Made by a program: the position numbers and the translations under genes | Source of the DNA: a virus | Lineage: Duplodnaviria; Caudoviricetes | Virus record (IMG/VR): IMGVR_UViG_3300029442_000005 | Coordinates: 1 to 61,078 of that record | Reading direction: 5' to 3' (one strand) | Length of the DNA: 61,078 nt | The notes under the pieces: generated by a model | Seen by the model: the letters and a program-made list of their open reading frames with translations, nothing else | Database searches by the model: none | What the model was told of the DNA's origin: nothing | Shown here: positions 38,301-51,100 of the stretch, piece by piece | How the letters are laid out: each line of letters opens with the position of its first letter | How positions within the stretch are numbered: the first letter of the stretch is position 1

Positions 38301-38785
38301 GCCAAGTAACACTTCCAATAGAACCAACTACAGAAAGCTTACGCAATGATTTTAGTGATTTAGAAAATTATAAAATGATTAGTGATTTGATGATTTTTAG
38401 TCCTGTTACTTTTAAATCATTGTTTGGTGACAAAGCTGATTCAAATTTACAAGCTAATTTTTTAGTTGTTAAGAATCCAAATATAGTAGTTAGTGATAGT
38501 GAAGTTAAAAGTCAAGTTATTACACAAATTAATAATTACTTTGATGTTAATAATTGGGACTTTGGAGAGACATTTTATTTTAGTGAATTAGCAGCTTACC
38601 TACATTCTGAGTTAAATAACATTATAAGTAGTGTTCACTTAGTACCGTTAAGTACTGATCAAGTATATGGTGATTTACAACAAATTAGATGTTTACCAAG
38701 CGAAATTTTAATAAGTGCTGCAACAGTGTTAAATGTTAGTGTTGTTACAAACTTAACAACAACTCAAATGCGAGTAGGGCATTGA
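35381..38785 (+). CDS. gp6: Baseplate wedge subunit, gp6-like (extended)
   Basis: DFKSYDYETIRKSMIDYL, DLNARESFMETAKRR, IIFGDGVFSNIP, IKLKAPQNYYTQNRMVNGQDY. Confidence 0.85.
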   Translation: MSQQQRKQNLFGIQDWQDIYQNFRDADFKSYDYETIRKSMIDYLQLYHPENFNDYINSSEYVALIDVIAFMGQSLSFRMDLNARESFMETAKRRDNILRLARLVSYEGKRNLPSKGYLKVLSVSTDEVVRDVLNNNLSNAAIKWSDLNNPNWLEQWNTVLNAVISSSQKVGNPGNSAILDGIKTDEYSIDLPSGTGVPFGYSSTIQNRSMNFEAVNTTSLNQSFLYEQSPSNKSTFNLLFREDQQGYSSNNTGYFLFFKQGSLLFEKFSVTESLPNRIINLSSEGINNDDVWFFQINSNGSLTEWLKVDNVAGSNINYNSFAATQKNIFSVTSQIDDKASIIFGDGVFSNIPVGDFICYYRVSNGVNYRISPAEMNNINITIPYVSKTGRTQLLTVTASLKYTVANSATKENLDQIKLKAPQNYYTQNRMVNGQDYNSFPFSKYNNILKIKSVNRTSSGISRYLDVIDSTGRYSNTNIVADDGYIFKDDTVILNSFSFTSGNDIVNAINNQVVPSVASNSMLSFFYEYYSPVILNTNSISWKLVLADSNAGSGYLNNTSGTVISTTDSNFNDLFKVGAVIEFTAPTGKIFDYDNKLVPASSTILINQKQNIFATVRTITFSGTGNQSGNSGTNNDGTGAIVLSEKIPTGAILTTILPTFTSVIPSDIQFLLFTALSQKQNIGIGYKSGSTQSDKSGSWFIINNPTIPSTFIEPTDTLADNQQSWLMAFINSGNTYTTYQKSIKYFFGSEKQTRFFFDPRVKIFDPQSGKLLVDRIDVLQTNSQPVLNTNFGYSNDITLRVVNTVIENDGYVDDTKIQVSFSDKNSLGTPDQPYFYIDIVGTVMLAGVNNSYVFFKNDQANSGSTLLVQPKGTVKFADHAVDIDNDIYSYSNNDVIFTLDTNVFYIITRTGVVASKSVTTDYSYKFGRQNIKFQYRHNAPSDRRIDPSPSNIIDIYILDKNYADDYVKWLKDTSGQVTLPIEPTTESLRNDFSDLENYKMISDLMIFSPVTFKSLFGDKADSNLQANFLVVKNPNIVVSDSEVKSQVITQINNYFDVNNWDFGETFYFSELAAYLHSELNNIISSVHLVPLSTDQVYGDLQQIRCLPSEILISAATVLNVSVVTNLTTTQMRVGH

Positions 38786-38822
38786 AGATTGTGAGTTAGG
38801 TAAATAATAAAGGAAACAGGTA

Positions 38823-39191
38823 ATGATATTTAGTGAATTTCTAGACAACGAATCAACAAAAAGATATTATGAAATAATTGAGAATGCCCGATTATTTCCT
38901 ATTCCTGTAGATACATATACCGAAAAATATCATATAATTCCAAAATCATTTTATAAATCAAAAGATAAATCCGGTTGGTTAGTTGGCACCCCAAATAGCC
39001 CAGATAATTTTGTAATATTAACTGGTCGTGAACATTTTATATGTCACAAGTTATTAACTGAAATGTTACCTGAAGAATCAAAAGCTAAGATGTCAAAAGC
39101 TGCATTAGAAAGAAAACCACATTCTATTGAAACTAAAGCTAAAATGTCAAAAGCTCTAAGTAATCGAATAAAAAGTGAAGAGAGTATTTAA
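38823..39191 (+). CDS. Short or degenerate HNH homing endonuclease with NUMOD3-like repeats
   Basis: TEKYHIIPKS...PDNFVILTGREHFICHKLL followed by two (E)xKAKMSKA units; only 122 aa. Confidence 0.7.
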   Translation: MIFSEFLDNESTKRYYEIIENARLFPIPVDTYTEKYHIIPKSFYKSKDKSGWLVGTPNSPDNFVILTGREHFICHKLLTEMLPEESKAKMSKAALERKPHSIETKAKMSKALSNRIKSEESI

Positions 39192-42100
39192 ATGGCTATT
39201 AATAGAACTATAGATTTTTTACCTGAATATTTTAAATCAATACCAAATCAACGATTTCTGAGTAGCACGTTAGATAGACTCATTAGCGATCCAGTATTAC
39301 GAAGATTTGATGGATATGTTGGTAGAAAATTTTTAGACGGATCTAAATTAGAAGGTAATTACATTTCAGAATTGAATCAATTACGTGCTAATTATCAACT
39401 TGAACCAGCATTTATAAATCGCAACGATCAATCTAATATTACTTCATTGAGCACAAAAACGAATTCAGTTTCTAGTGTAATTAGTTTTATTGATGTATTA
39501 AATAGTGTGGCGAGCAAAGGCGGAAGTATTAATAGTTGGAATAGACTATTAAGTTCTGATTGTTATAACTTCAATGGATTTGTTAACCTTGATAAGTTGA
39601 CTAATTATTATAATTATGTTTGGATTCCAGAACCAAAAACAATAAATAACGAAGTTGTTGATAATAATCCTTGGTTTAGAAATCCTATTGAAATTAGCAA
39701 CACATTCATTTCAGCAGCCGCTGACTATTCGATTCTTCGTAGTAACAACGGACTATCAGTCGTTGGGTCAAATAATCTAACTGGTATTAATCCAGAAATT
39801 ATTTTAGCAAGAGGTGGAAAATATAACTTTAATATTTTACCACAAGAATCTAGACCATCCACAAGATTTCCAAAATTAATTCAACAAGGTAACTTAGATA
39901 GCTTAGTTACTGCATCAGCTGATATTCAATTCTTTCCAAACAATAATACTAGTGGTAAATTCTCAAATGGAAGTTATTTAACTATTCCTAAAAATAGTGA
40001 CTTTAATTTTAAATCAACTGCATTTACTGTTGAATTTTATGTATGGGTTGACGGAACAAATGTTGAAGATAATGTATTAGTTGGACAATGGCAAGGAGAC
40101 GATTTATCCAAGAGTAGTTGGGCAATAGTTAGAACAACAACTGTTATCAATTCAACATTTATTAATACATTTAAATTTGTTTGGATTGATAATGAAACTG
40201 GTCAAAGTAAGAGCATTACATTTGCAGGGAATGTAGTTCCTGGACTTGCAGTTCATCATATTGCTGTTTCTAGATTTGGAAATAGCATTAAATTATATAT
40301 TGATGGAATATTAATTCCTAGTCAACAAATCAATGGTGAAAGTATCATTGGAAATATTGCTAGTTCTATTCTTCCAGTAACTGTTGGTGCTGATGCAATT
40401 GGTAATATGTCATTTGTTGGATATGTTGAAGATCTAAGAATTTCAACTAAGGTTGCAAGATATACTAATGTAAACTTTACTCCTCCAGAAGCTATAACAA
40501 CAGTTGATGAAAATACAGTACTATTGATTAATTTCGATTCTACACCTGGAGATACTAATTTTATTGATAATGTTGCTCCATCAATAAGTAGAATGTGGAT
40601 TCAAACACATGCTGGAATATCTGGAGCATTACCATATGATCCATCACTCCCAACAAGAGACATTTATGGAGTAACAAATAACGGAACATCAACAGGTACT
40701 ATTACATTTTCAGTTCCAACATTATTAGCTGAAAATCAATATAGAGATCTTGGTCGCACTGGTGATGAATATTATGATAATGTTGACTTGGCAACAGATC
40801 TACAATTTGATCAAATTAATTCAACTGTGTATGATACATTTGTTACATCAGCAGCAATAGGCGAAGATACAAATATATCTGGACATCGTGGGGGAATTGA
40901 TGGAATTGCAGATTTAGAAGATAAAACATTGATCTTTGCCAAAGAACAAACCATTGGTTGGAATAACTATATCCCTTATGAAAATGCTGGAAATGAACTA
41001 TATCCTTATGATGAAGAATTTCCTATTCCAGCAAATATGCGCTATGGTATTTGGCGTATAAACATCATTGATGGAGTAATTAAACTTCTATTTATTAAAG
41101 AAATCGCAGGCAACTATAGGGTTTCAATAAAATACGGAAACATTTATAGAAATGCTGATTTTTTCAAAATTACTGATACATCACCATTGCTAAAGATTCC
41201 GCAATTGAGCAGCAACTATGCCACATTATATTTGCAAGATGATCAAAATTCAAGCAATGTTCTTCCACTTGAAATACTATTAACAGATATTCCAACATTG
41301 AATATTGATGAAGAAATTGTTGGAAAACAGCATTTTACCAGTGCAAATGGAATTGAATTAATTAATGGTTTGCGAATACGATTCAACAATTTTGCTATTC
41401 CAGAAAAGTATACTGATACTACAAAGAGTTATATTGTAGAAGGCGTTGGTCAAGCAATTGTATTAGTACCGTATGAAGAATTAACAAAGTCTCAAGATCC
41501 AGACTATATAACTATTAATCGTTCTAGTCTAGATAGAAATGCGTGGTCAAGGACAAACAGATGGTTTAATAAACAAGTTGTTGATAAGTCCATTGAATAT
41601 CTAACTCAGCAAGGTTTCCCTGTTACATATCCTGCTCTACAAAGAGCTGTTAGACCTATAATTGAATTTAAGTCTGGATTAAGATTGTTTAATTATGGTA
41701 TAATTGGACTAGGTCAAGTAAGTATCATTGACAACTATATCAATGATGCTCTTAGTAATATAAATGGCAGATCAATAACTGATGTTAATGCTTTAACATT
41801 TGACAACTATGTTGTACAGGCAGGCGATCTTATAGTCTTTAATAAAGATAGATCAGAAGCAGTCAGAAAAACAATTTATAAAATTAATGTTGTTGACGTT
41901 TCAGACAGTTTAGGTGCTCATTCAAAATCACCAGTTATTGCAGCTTCAATTGGAAACATTGATTTATCTATTCCTCCGCCAGCAACAATAGATGGTATAT
42001 CATTGACTGTTAATGATAGAATATTAGTATGGCAACAAACTAATCCGACTGAAAATGGAATCTATGTTTTTTCATCAAGTTCATTAACAAGATCATTGGA

Positions 42101-45100
42101 TGCAAATGAAGGTGTAATGTTTAATGAAAGCTTTAATGTATTTGTATTGAATGGATCTATTAATGGAAACAGATGGTTTAATTATACTATTACACAACCA
42201 GACAAAACAGTAACACTCAGCATATCACCAATTATCTTTATTCAGACTGAAAATATTGGACCAACAGTTGAATTGGTTCCTTATGAAATCGCTACAGTTA
42301 ACAATTGTATATCAGCTGCTGAAGGTAATAGCAAAGGAACTCATTGGTTTTATAGTGAATTAGATCGCAAATGGATTACAAGTTTGCAAGTAAAAACTCA
42401 AGTAAATCAATCACCATTATTTGATATTTTTGATTATACTGGAGCGAGTTATAGCACTTATTTGGGATCAGATTTTACTGGATCTAAATTATTTGATTAT
42501 GCCAGATCTACTAATGTAGTCAATGATCCAGTGTTGGGATTTGGTGTAGTATACAGAAATATATTTAATTTAGGTGATGTTACTTTCAATAATTATTTTG
42601 AAACAGATACATTTTCTTATTTAAGTGATCCATCATTATCCACACAGACTATTATTAATATTAGCAAAGGAACAGCTAGAAGAGTTGATCCAATTTCTAC
42701 TGTAGAAGATATATATTCTTGTTGGAAACAAATTCAATCTAATTCAGAACTATATCAAAATCTAGAATTAACTGGAGAGAGTATTATTTCTAGTAATTAT
42801 GTATTTGTTGCAACAGCTAAATTCATTGTTAAAAAAACCGATAATGTTTTCAAAACAAAAATTTATGTTGATGGTGCACAAGTAAACAGTAATCTAATTA
42901 TCAATGAACAATTAGGTGATAAAATTAGAATTACAATTGATAATAGTGTAGTTATTAACGCAACTTCAATAGTTCTATTCAAATTACAATTAACAACATT
43001 ACTGAATAATGCTTGGTATGATGTTCCAATGGGTTATGAATTAAATCCATTTAATGTACGACCACAAACATTCACTTTAAGTGACTTAGAACAACATACA
43101 TCTGAAATGATAAGTAATTCAGGTCAGATTGTATCACCTTCAGTTGATGGTCTAGATAATATAGATTATCAGAACAATGTTGGCTTAATACTATTACATG
43201 ATGGATTCAGCTTGTTACCATCGTTATTACTTGCATCCGAACAGTTTGATATTGATGTTGCTATAAAAACAGCAGCTACTGATTATGAAAGTCTAAAATT
43301 ACAATTTATACAAACAGCTGATCAAGTTGAAGCAATTGAAACAATGACTGTAAAAGATGCTGTTGATAAAATCTTTGAAGTATTAGTTAGCAATAAGAAT
43401 AATAATATGCCTTGGTACAATAGCGATATGGTACCAACAGGCGGAATATTACAACAATACGTAATCGACGATTTATTCCAGGTCACATATAAAACTCACA
43501 CACAATATAATCTATCTATTGCTAGTAATAAATCATTGTTAGTTTATCTAAATGATACTCTATTAATTAAAAATGTTGAATATTTTGTAAGTAGTGATTC
43601 ATCAGAAATTACTTTAATTAAACAATTACACTTAGATGACGTATTAGATATATACAGAGTAGATAATACAGATGGTTGCTTTGTTCCCTCTACTCCAGCA
43701 AAATTAGGTTTGGCTCAGAAATTTGTACCACAAATTTATTTAGATGATACATATCAAACTCCAACAACAGTATTACAAGGGCATGATGGTAGTATTACAA
43801 CAGTTTATGGTGATTATAAAGACAAACTATTATTAGAATTTGAAATCAGAATTTATAATAATATTAAAACCAACAATCAACTATGGGCTGATGTAATTAA
43901 TACTAAAGTTACTCCAAGCGGCAAATTTAGAAGTACATTATATTCATCCTCTGAACAATCTAATATTTACAGAAAAGTATTTTATGAATGGGTTGCTGAA
44001 AACAAAGTAAACTTCGGAACTACATTTTTTGATGAAAACAATAGTTTTACTTGGAACTATAGCACAAGTACAGACAAATTAACTAAGACTAATTTAAAGG
44101 GATATTGGAGAGGAATATACAAAGATTTAATTGATACTGACAGACCAAATTTTTCACCGTGGGAGGCACTTGGGATTTCAGAAAAGCCATTATGGTGGGA
44201 TGCTACTTATGGACCAGCCCCATACACTGGTGGAAATTTGGTATTATGGAATGATATCAGAGATGGGATAGTTAGAGATCCAGAAGGAAATTATTTTGGT
44301 TCACTTGGACCACGCGAAAACATCAATTATTCTATTTTAGATTTTATTCCAGTAAGTGAAAATGGTAATTTACTTACACCAACTGATATGAATGTAATGT
44401 ATACATTTGATACACAAAATATTAAAAATATTTTTATATTTGGTGATCATGGTCCAGCAGAAACTGCTTGGCGAAGATCGAGTACTTTTGCATTTTCACA
44501 ATTACGTTCCAAGATTTTACAAAATCCACAGTTTATGCTCGGATCACTCTGGGATCTTGATAATTACAAGCCAGAATTTTATACATCGCCATTGAAATTT
44601 AATACAACTGACATTCCTAATATTACAGATTTGAGACTTAATGGAGATGGAGAAAATAGAGTTCATAGTATTATAAATTATCTAATAGAATCGCTAAAGT
44701 CTCAAGGAAAAACATTACAAGTCATTAAAGATGCAATTACAAATGCTGAAGTTAACTTAACTTATAGTATTGGAGGATTTGTTGACGAAAGTAATATTCA
44801 AGTTTATGCAGAACAAAATAGTCCACAAACACTTGGTAATTCAGTTAAGATTCCAACTGAAAATTATGAATTATTTTTAAGTCAAAATACTTCTGTAGGT
44901 GTTGTTAACTACAGTGGCGTTATAATAAGTAGAACAGTTAATGGTGGTTATAGAGTAAATGGATATGATAAACAGAATCCATTCTTTACAGCATATCCTT
45001 TTGATCCTAGTGGAAAGAAATCTTCATTTACTATTGGAAACAGTACCTTTACAATTTATCGTGATTTTTTCAGTACACCAATATTGATTCCTTACAGTTA

Positions 45101-48100
45101 TGAATTCTCTAATAGAGAGACTGTAGTTAACTTCTTAATTAGTTATGGAGAATATTTAACACAACAAGGATTTATATTTGATACTCAGGTTGAACAAGAT
45201 AGAATTAATTGGGTTGATGCTGCTGTACAATTTGTTAAGTGGAGCTATTATAGATGGAATAATGATAGTACTGGACGTGCATTGAGTTTAGTATTAAATC
45301 CAAGTGCTGGTCAGTTAAAATTAGTTCCTAAGGTAGGCACAGTAAGTAACTTATTATCTAGTACAAATTTACTCTTAGATGAAAATCAAAATCAAATTGA
45401 TATTAAATATGTAGATGTATTTAGAGATCAAAGATTAGCACAAGATACTGTATATATAAATCATCAAAATCCATATGGCATCATTGCTGCAATGCGTGCT
45501 AACTTAATAAATTTCGAACATAGACTTGTTTTAACAAATAAAACTATCTTCAATGATTTAATTTATAGTCCAGAATTAGGTATTAGACAAAATCGTGTTA
45601 GACTTAGTGGATTAAAAACTGGCGACTGGAATGGAACATTAACTAGTGCAGGATTTATGTTACTAAGTAATAAAGTAGACGTATGGCAACCAAATACAGA
45701 CTTTTTACGTGGAAGCGTAATTCGATATAAAAATAAAAATTACGTAGCATTAGAAAATGTAATTGGTGCCGCAGAATTTCAAGAATCTAAATTTAAAACA
45801 ATAACTACTAACTTTAATAACCAAATGATTCCTAATATCGGAACTAAGACATTAGATTTAGATCATGCTTATGACGTAGAATATAGAAATGTAATACAAG
45901 ATATAGTACGTTTACGTTCTTCATCTATTGGATATGTTGAAACTTCTTGGTTATCAAATTTGGGATTAGATTTAGGTAATCAAACTGAATTTTACAGAGG
46001 ATGGATTAAAGAAAAAGGTACATTAAATGCAGTTAATAAATTTACATCTGCTGGCACAAAAGAACTATTAGCTGATTTTGAAATAATTGAAGACTATGCT
46101 ATTAAGTTAGGTGAGTATGGAGCTTCAGGACGAACAGGGTATGTAGATGTATTATTATCATTACCAGAAGCTTCAGATAATCCAGTAGCAGTTAGATTTA
46201 GCAATGATGGTATGGCTAATTCATCTGACATTTTAACTGTTAATGATAAGTCATTATACAAAAAATCAATAAATTGGACAAATAATTTTATTCAAAATGC
46301 AGGTAAATTATTACGTGAAGAAGCAAAATTTATTGATGCTGGTCCGGTACTATTATCAGAAATTGAAACTATTGCAAAGTCGAAGATACAGAATTATAAT
46401 GACAATATTAAGAATGCACTAACATTCCAAGATAAAGCTGATATAGTTTCAACTTCAGATATTGGTAGTTTATTAGTTAATATTACTAGCGGTACTTATA
46501 TGTGGTTTGCAATAGACGATCTATTAACTACTGATAATAAGTATAATGTAATAACTTGGAAAAACAGTTCTGTTAAAATACTTGGAATTAGACAAAATGA
46601 AGCTAACAGTACATTAGAAATTTTACTTAGTGATATAATTTCAGTAAATGTAAATGATATTGTTGCATTAAATCATAATGAACCCGACTTTATTCTACAG
46701 GGTGTTTTCGAAGTTGCTGGTTATTTAGTAAATCCAACAGAGCAATATGTCTCTATTTTAAGTATCTTTATATCAGACTTATCAATTTATCCAGCAGTAG
46801 CAAATTATTCGTTTGAAAGTAACAAAACTAATTTATATACATATACTTCTCTAAGATTTGACACAATTGGATCTGCTAATTTATCTAGTCAGGTTTATAG
46901 AAATGGATTGCCAATAATTAGAAAGTCTTATATTGACACAGATAAAACTGGATTTGCTGTATATGATTTCATTGAACCATATGTTGATCAGACAGCTAAT
47001 ATTCCTTATAACATAGATCAATATAAACAAGATATTACAACGACCGAATTAACTAAATCTTTAAGTCAAGATCCTATAGCAAAGTTACTTTGGGAAGGTA
47101 AGCCGGATGCGTTACCAAATGGACAAGTAGCATTAACAGAATTTAAATCAGCTAAACTTTGGAAAGGTGATGTTTCGGGTCTTAATATTGATATAGCAAC
47201 GTTTTTACCAGCTAGACCAGATACATTATCATTAGGTCTGGATGTTCAATATTTGTCTGGAGAAATGTCAGTAGCAACAGCAACTGATGTAACAAATACT
47301 GGTCAAGTATATATTTTGCAACATTCAACTAAATTAGTAAGTCAAATTTTTTCTGGAAGCACTGCAGGTGCATATTTTGGTAGTGCAGTTAAATGTACAG
47401 CTGATGGTTTATTTATTGCCATTGGTGAAACATTACCTGCTGCTTCTGGTAATGTTTACATATATAAACAGTTTACAGCAAATTCTACAGTAACTGAATA
47501 TGTTGCTACTGGATCTGGTTCATCAACTTATTCATTGGGATTCATACCAGAAAGCTTATACAGTATTAGAGTCATTGTCAATAACAAATTATATATTGCT
47601 GGAGTAGATTATACAGTTTCAGGTGGTTCAATTACATTTATAAATTCAGTAAGTGGATTGTCTATTTCAGTAAAACAGCTTGGTGTCTATTATGCACTAA
47701 TTCAATCAATTGATGATCCAGCAGCTAGTCCAGGAGTTGGATGCAATTTTGGGCAGTTAATTTCATTAAATGCTGATGCGAGTATATTAACAGTTAGTGC
47801 TCCGCTTCGTGGAAATGGACAAATTTATGTATTTAACAGAAGTTTACAAAAATTCTTAATAACTACTCCATCAACAGTATTGACATTAGGTGATTCTGTT
47901 TCAACATTTGGAAAAGTGATAGTTAAGAGAAATGGCATTGTAACTACAAATTATACACCAGTAGCTCCAGGAAATACAACAATTACTTTCCCATCTGGAC
48001 AATTAGTAACAAATACAATTATTGAAGTTGATATGTTAAAATTCTATCTACAACAAACAATTACTGTGGATAATTCAAATATTCAATTTGGCCTATCAAC

Positions 48101-51100
48101 TGATATGATAAACAATTCATTTGTAGTTGGATCACCACTTAATAATATCACTGTTGAAAATGTTATAAAAAATAGTATGGGAATAATTGAATTAATGTTG
48201 CTTGATTCAGATGTTAATCAAACAGTTTCAATTCTAAGAAGTACATTTACTTTATCATCAGCAAAATATTTACGCATTAATAACTGGGTAGTTGCAATGG
48301 ACACAAATATAGATACATTCATTGCTAATATTAACAGCATTAGTAACTTGTCGGGAGTAACTGCAAGTTATACAGCAACAGATCTTATATTTACATTTAA
48401 TCAATCGATGTTTGTTAATGGCGTTAGTGTTATCAATTATGATCCAACTACTTATACTATTAACAGTAAGTTTATTTCTATACAAACTATTCAAAATTCT
48501 AATTTACATAATTCTAATTTTGGAAAAAAAGTTAAGTGGCTAAATTATGATTTGCTAGGTGTCATTGAAGATACAACTGAATATCTAGATGCAGCGACAA
48601 TGATGACAGATATTCAATTTGATAATAATACTACAAATATTTACGATAGTAACATTGTAAATACACAAAGAATAATTTTATTTCAATTACTTAAAACAAC
48701 CAGAACAAATACTTCAATGGATTCTGATATATCACAATTAGTAATTGTAAAATCGATACAGTATTCAACTGAATCAGTTGATTTGTTCTTTGATGGTAAT
48801 TTAGAAAGAATATGGATTGGTAATAAAAATTCAACTGCTGAAAATAACAATGTTATTGTTTATAGTAATACAAAATTAATACATGGTTGGACAATTATTA
48901 GAACTGAAGAAATTAAATTAGAGCCTAGAAGTATTTCTAGAGCATGGATTTATAATTCAAGAACAAAAACTAAGATAGTAGATCTAGATATAGTAGATAT
49001 TGCCAATGGTTTATTGCCAGGTGCTATTGCTCAACATATTGATTACATTAGTGGTGTTGATCCTACATCATATGGAATACAAAATTGGAGAAGCGGAGAA
49101 AATTATCAAATTGGTGATAGAGTATTATATAATGGTATAGTTTATGTTGCAGATGTAGCTTCAAGTGAATTATACTTTGATGTTAATCAATGGTTTGTTA
49201 ACTTAGAGAGTAGTGCAACTAGTAACTCATCAAATAATTCATGGGGAAGTTCACAAGTTGGACAGATTTGGTTTTCAACTGGAAGATTACGAACAACACT
49301 ATATGAACAAGGTACCTTAGAAGATAGACTTAAATACTGGAATAAATGGTTTACTAAGTCAACATTTAGAGTTTATGAATGGTCAGAAAGCAGTGTTCCG
49401 CCTTGGCAGTATACAGGTTCAGGAATAGTATCTCCAACATCTAATTATATATTTGATAGTAATTCAAACAATTATTACTTCTGGATTTTATATAAAACAG
49501 AAGTAGGTCGAAAACATTCAATTAGTTCTGCTGATGTGTCTGTTGGTTTAAGAGATATTCTAAATAGTGGTTTACCAATGATAGTTGGTTCAGAATCCAA
49601 CTCAGTTATATTGTGGAATGTTAAAGAATTGGTTGATAGTTCAGAAAGCGTCTTACATATTGATTATGTATTAACTGAACACAATAATAGATTACTTAGT
49701 GAATTTGCTTTAGTAAGTGAAAATGGAAGTAGATACTGGTTTAATACTCCATTATATGCTAAGTTAGTAGATAGCTTATCTGGTATAGATGATGCAGGAT
49801 TAGCAGTTCCTGATATTAGCTTAAACGAAGAAGACAAATATGGAACACTAAATCAACTTAGACAAGCAATGTTTAGAAATCAGACAACCGCATTAAAAAT
49901 ATATTTTGATAAAATAAACGCCGGCTTATTACTGAAGCCACTTAATAATTTTGCAGCATTAGAGAATTTAAAGTTAAAACAAGAACAACCAGACGTATCT
50001 ACTTATGATTTAACTGTTGAAGATAAAGATACTTTGTTATTACTTACAACAGATGATTATCCAAACGGAACAAAAATCTTAGTTCTAAATGATGTTTCAG
50101 TAACTGATTCGGGTTGGGGATTATATGAGTTAATAAATGGTACATGGGAATTATTAACTAGTCAATTTTACGATCTTAATGTATTTTGGAAATATGTTGA
50201 TTGGTCAGATCAAAATAACACAGGAAAGAAAATAGATTATATATTACCACATATTGGTTATCTACAAAGTATTTCACCAGCAGCTGGTGATATTATGCAA
50301 ATTGATAATGATGGAAATAATCAAATTGTAATATATAAGTTCAATGACGATTTAAGTTATGATCCTATTTTCATTGAAAATGGAACAGTACAATTTTTAC
50401 CAACATTGTATGATTTTACTAGTAGTATGATAGGATTCAATGCAGGAATATTTGGTGGAGAAATTGGATTTGATAACGATCCTGCAACCAGTTTACGATT
50501 AATCATCAAAGCATTAAACGAAGATATATTAATTGACGATCTGTCAATACTTGCAGACAATGCATTTTTTGCAATACTACGTTACATATTACAAGAAAAT
50601 ATAAACATAGATTGGTTATTCAAAACCAGTTTCATTGATGTTAATCATATTGTTAAAGATTTAAATATTAAAAGTAATTATAGAAAAGATGATGAGCAGT
50701 TTGTTATGGATTTCATAAATGAAAATAAACCATATCATACTAGAATTAAAGATTTTAACAGCATTTACACTTTAAGTGATGTTTCAAATATAACAGTTTC
50801 TGATTTTGATTTACCTGCGTTATATGATACAGTATGGTATGCAGCTCAATTTAATCCAACTTATAGATCATTTAAATCTAAGCAGGCAGGTTACTTTAAG
50901 GGTGATATTGCTCTAGTAGAAAAAGACGGATTGTTATATATTGGAACAACCAGTATCGCTTCACATCCAATGGGATTATGGCCAAACACAACAGACACAG
51001 TAGTTCCAGCAAATTGGGTATTTGTTCTTCCTATTAGACCAACACAAGCAGTATCTAACACAAGTGTATTAGTTGATAATGTAATAGGCATAGCAACGAA

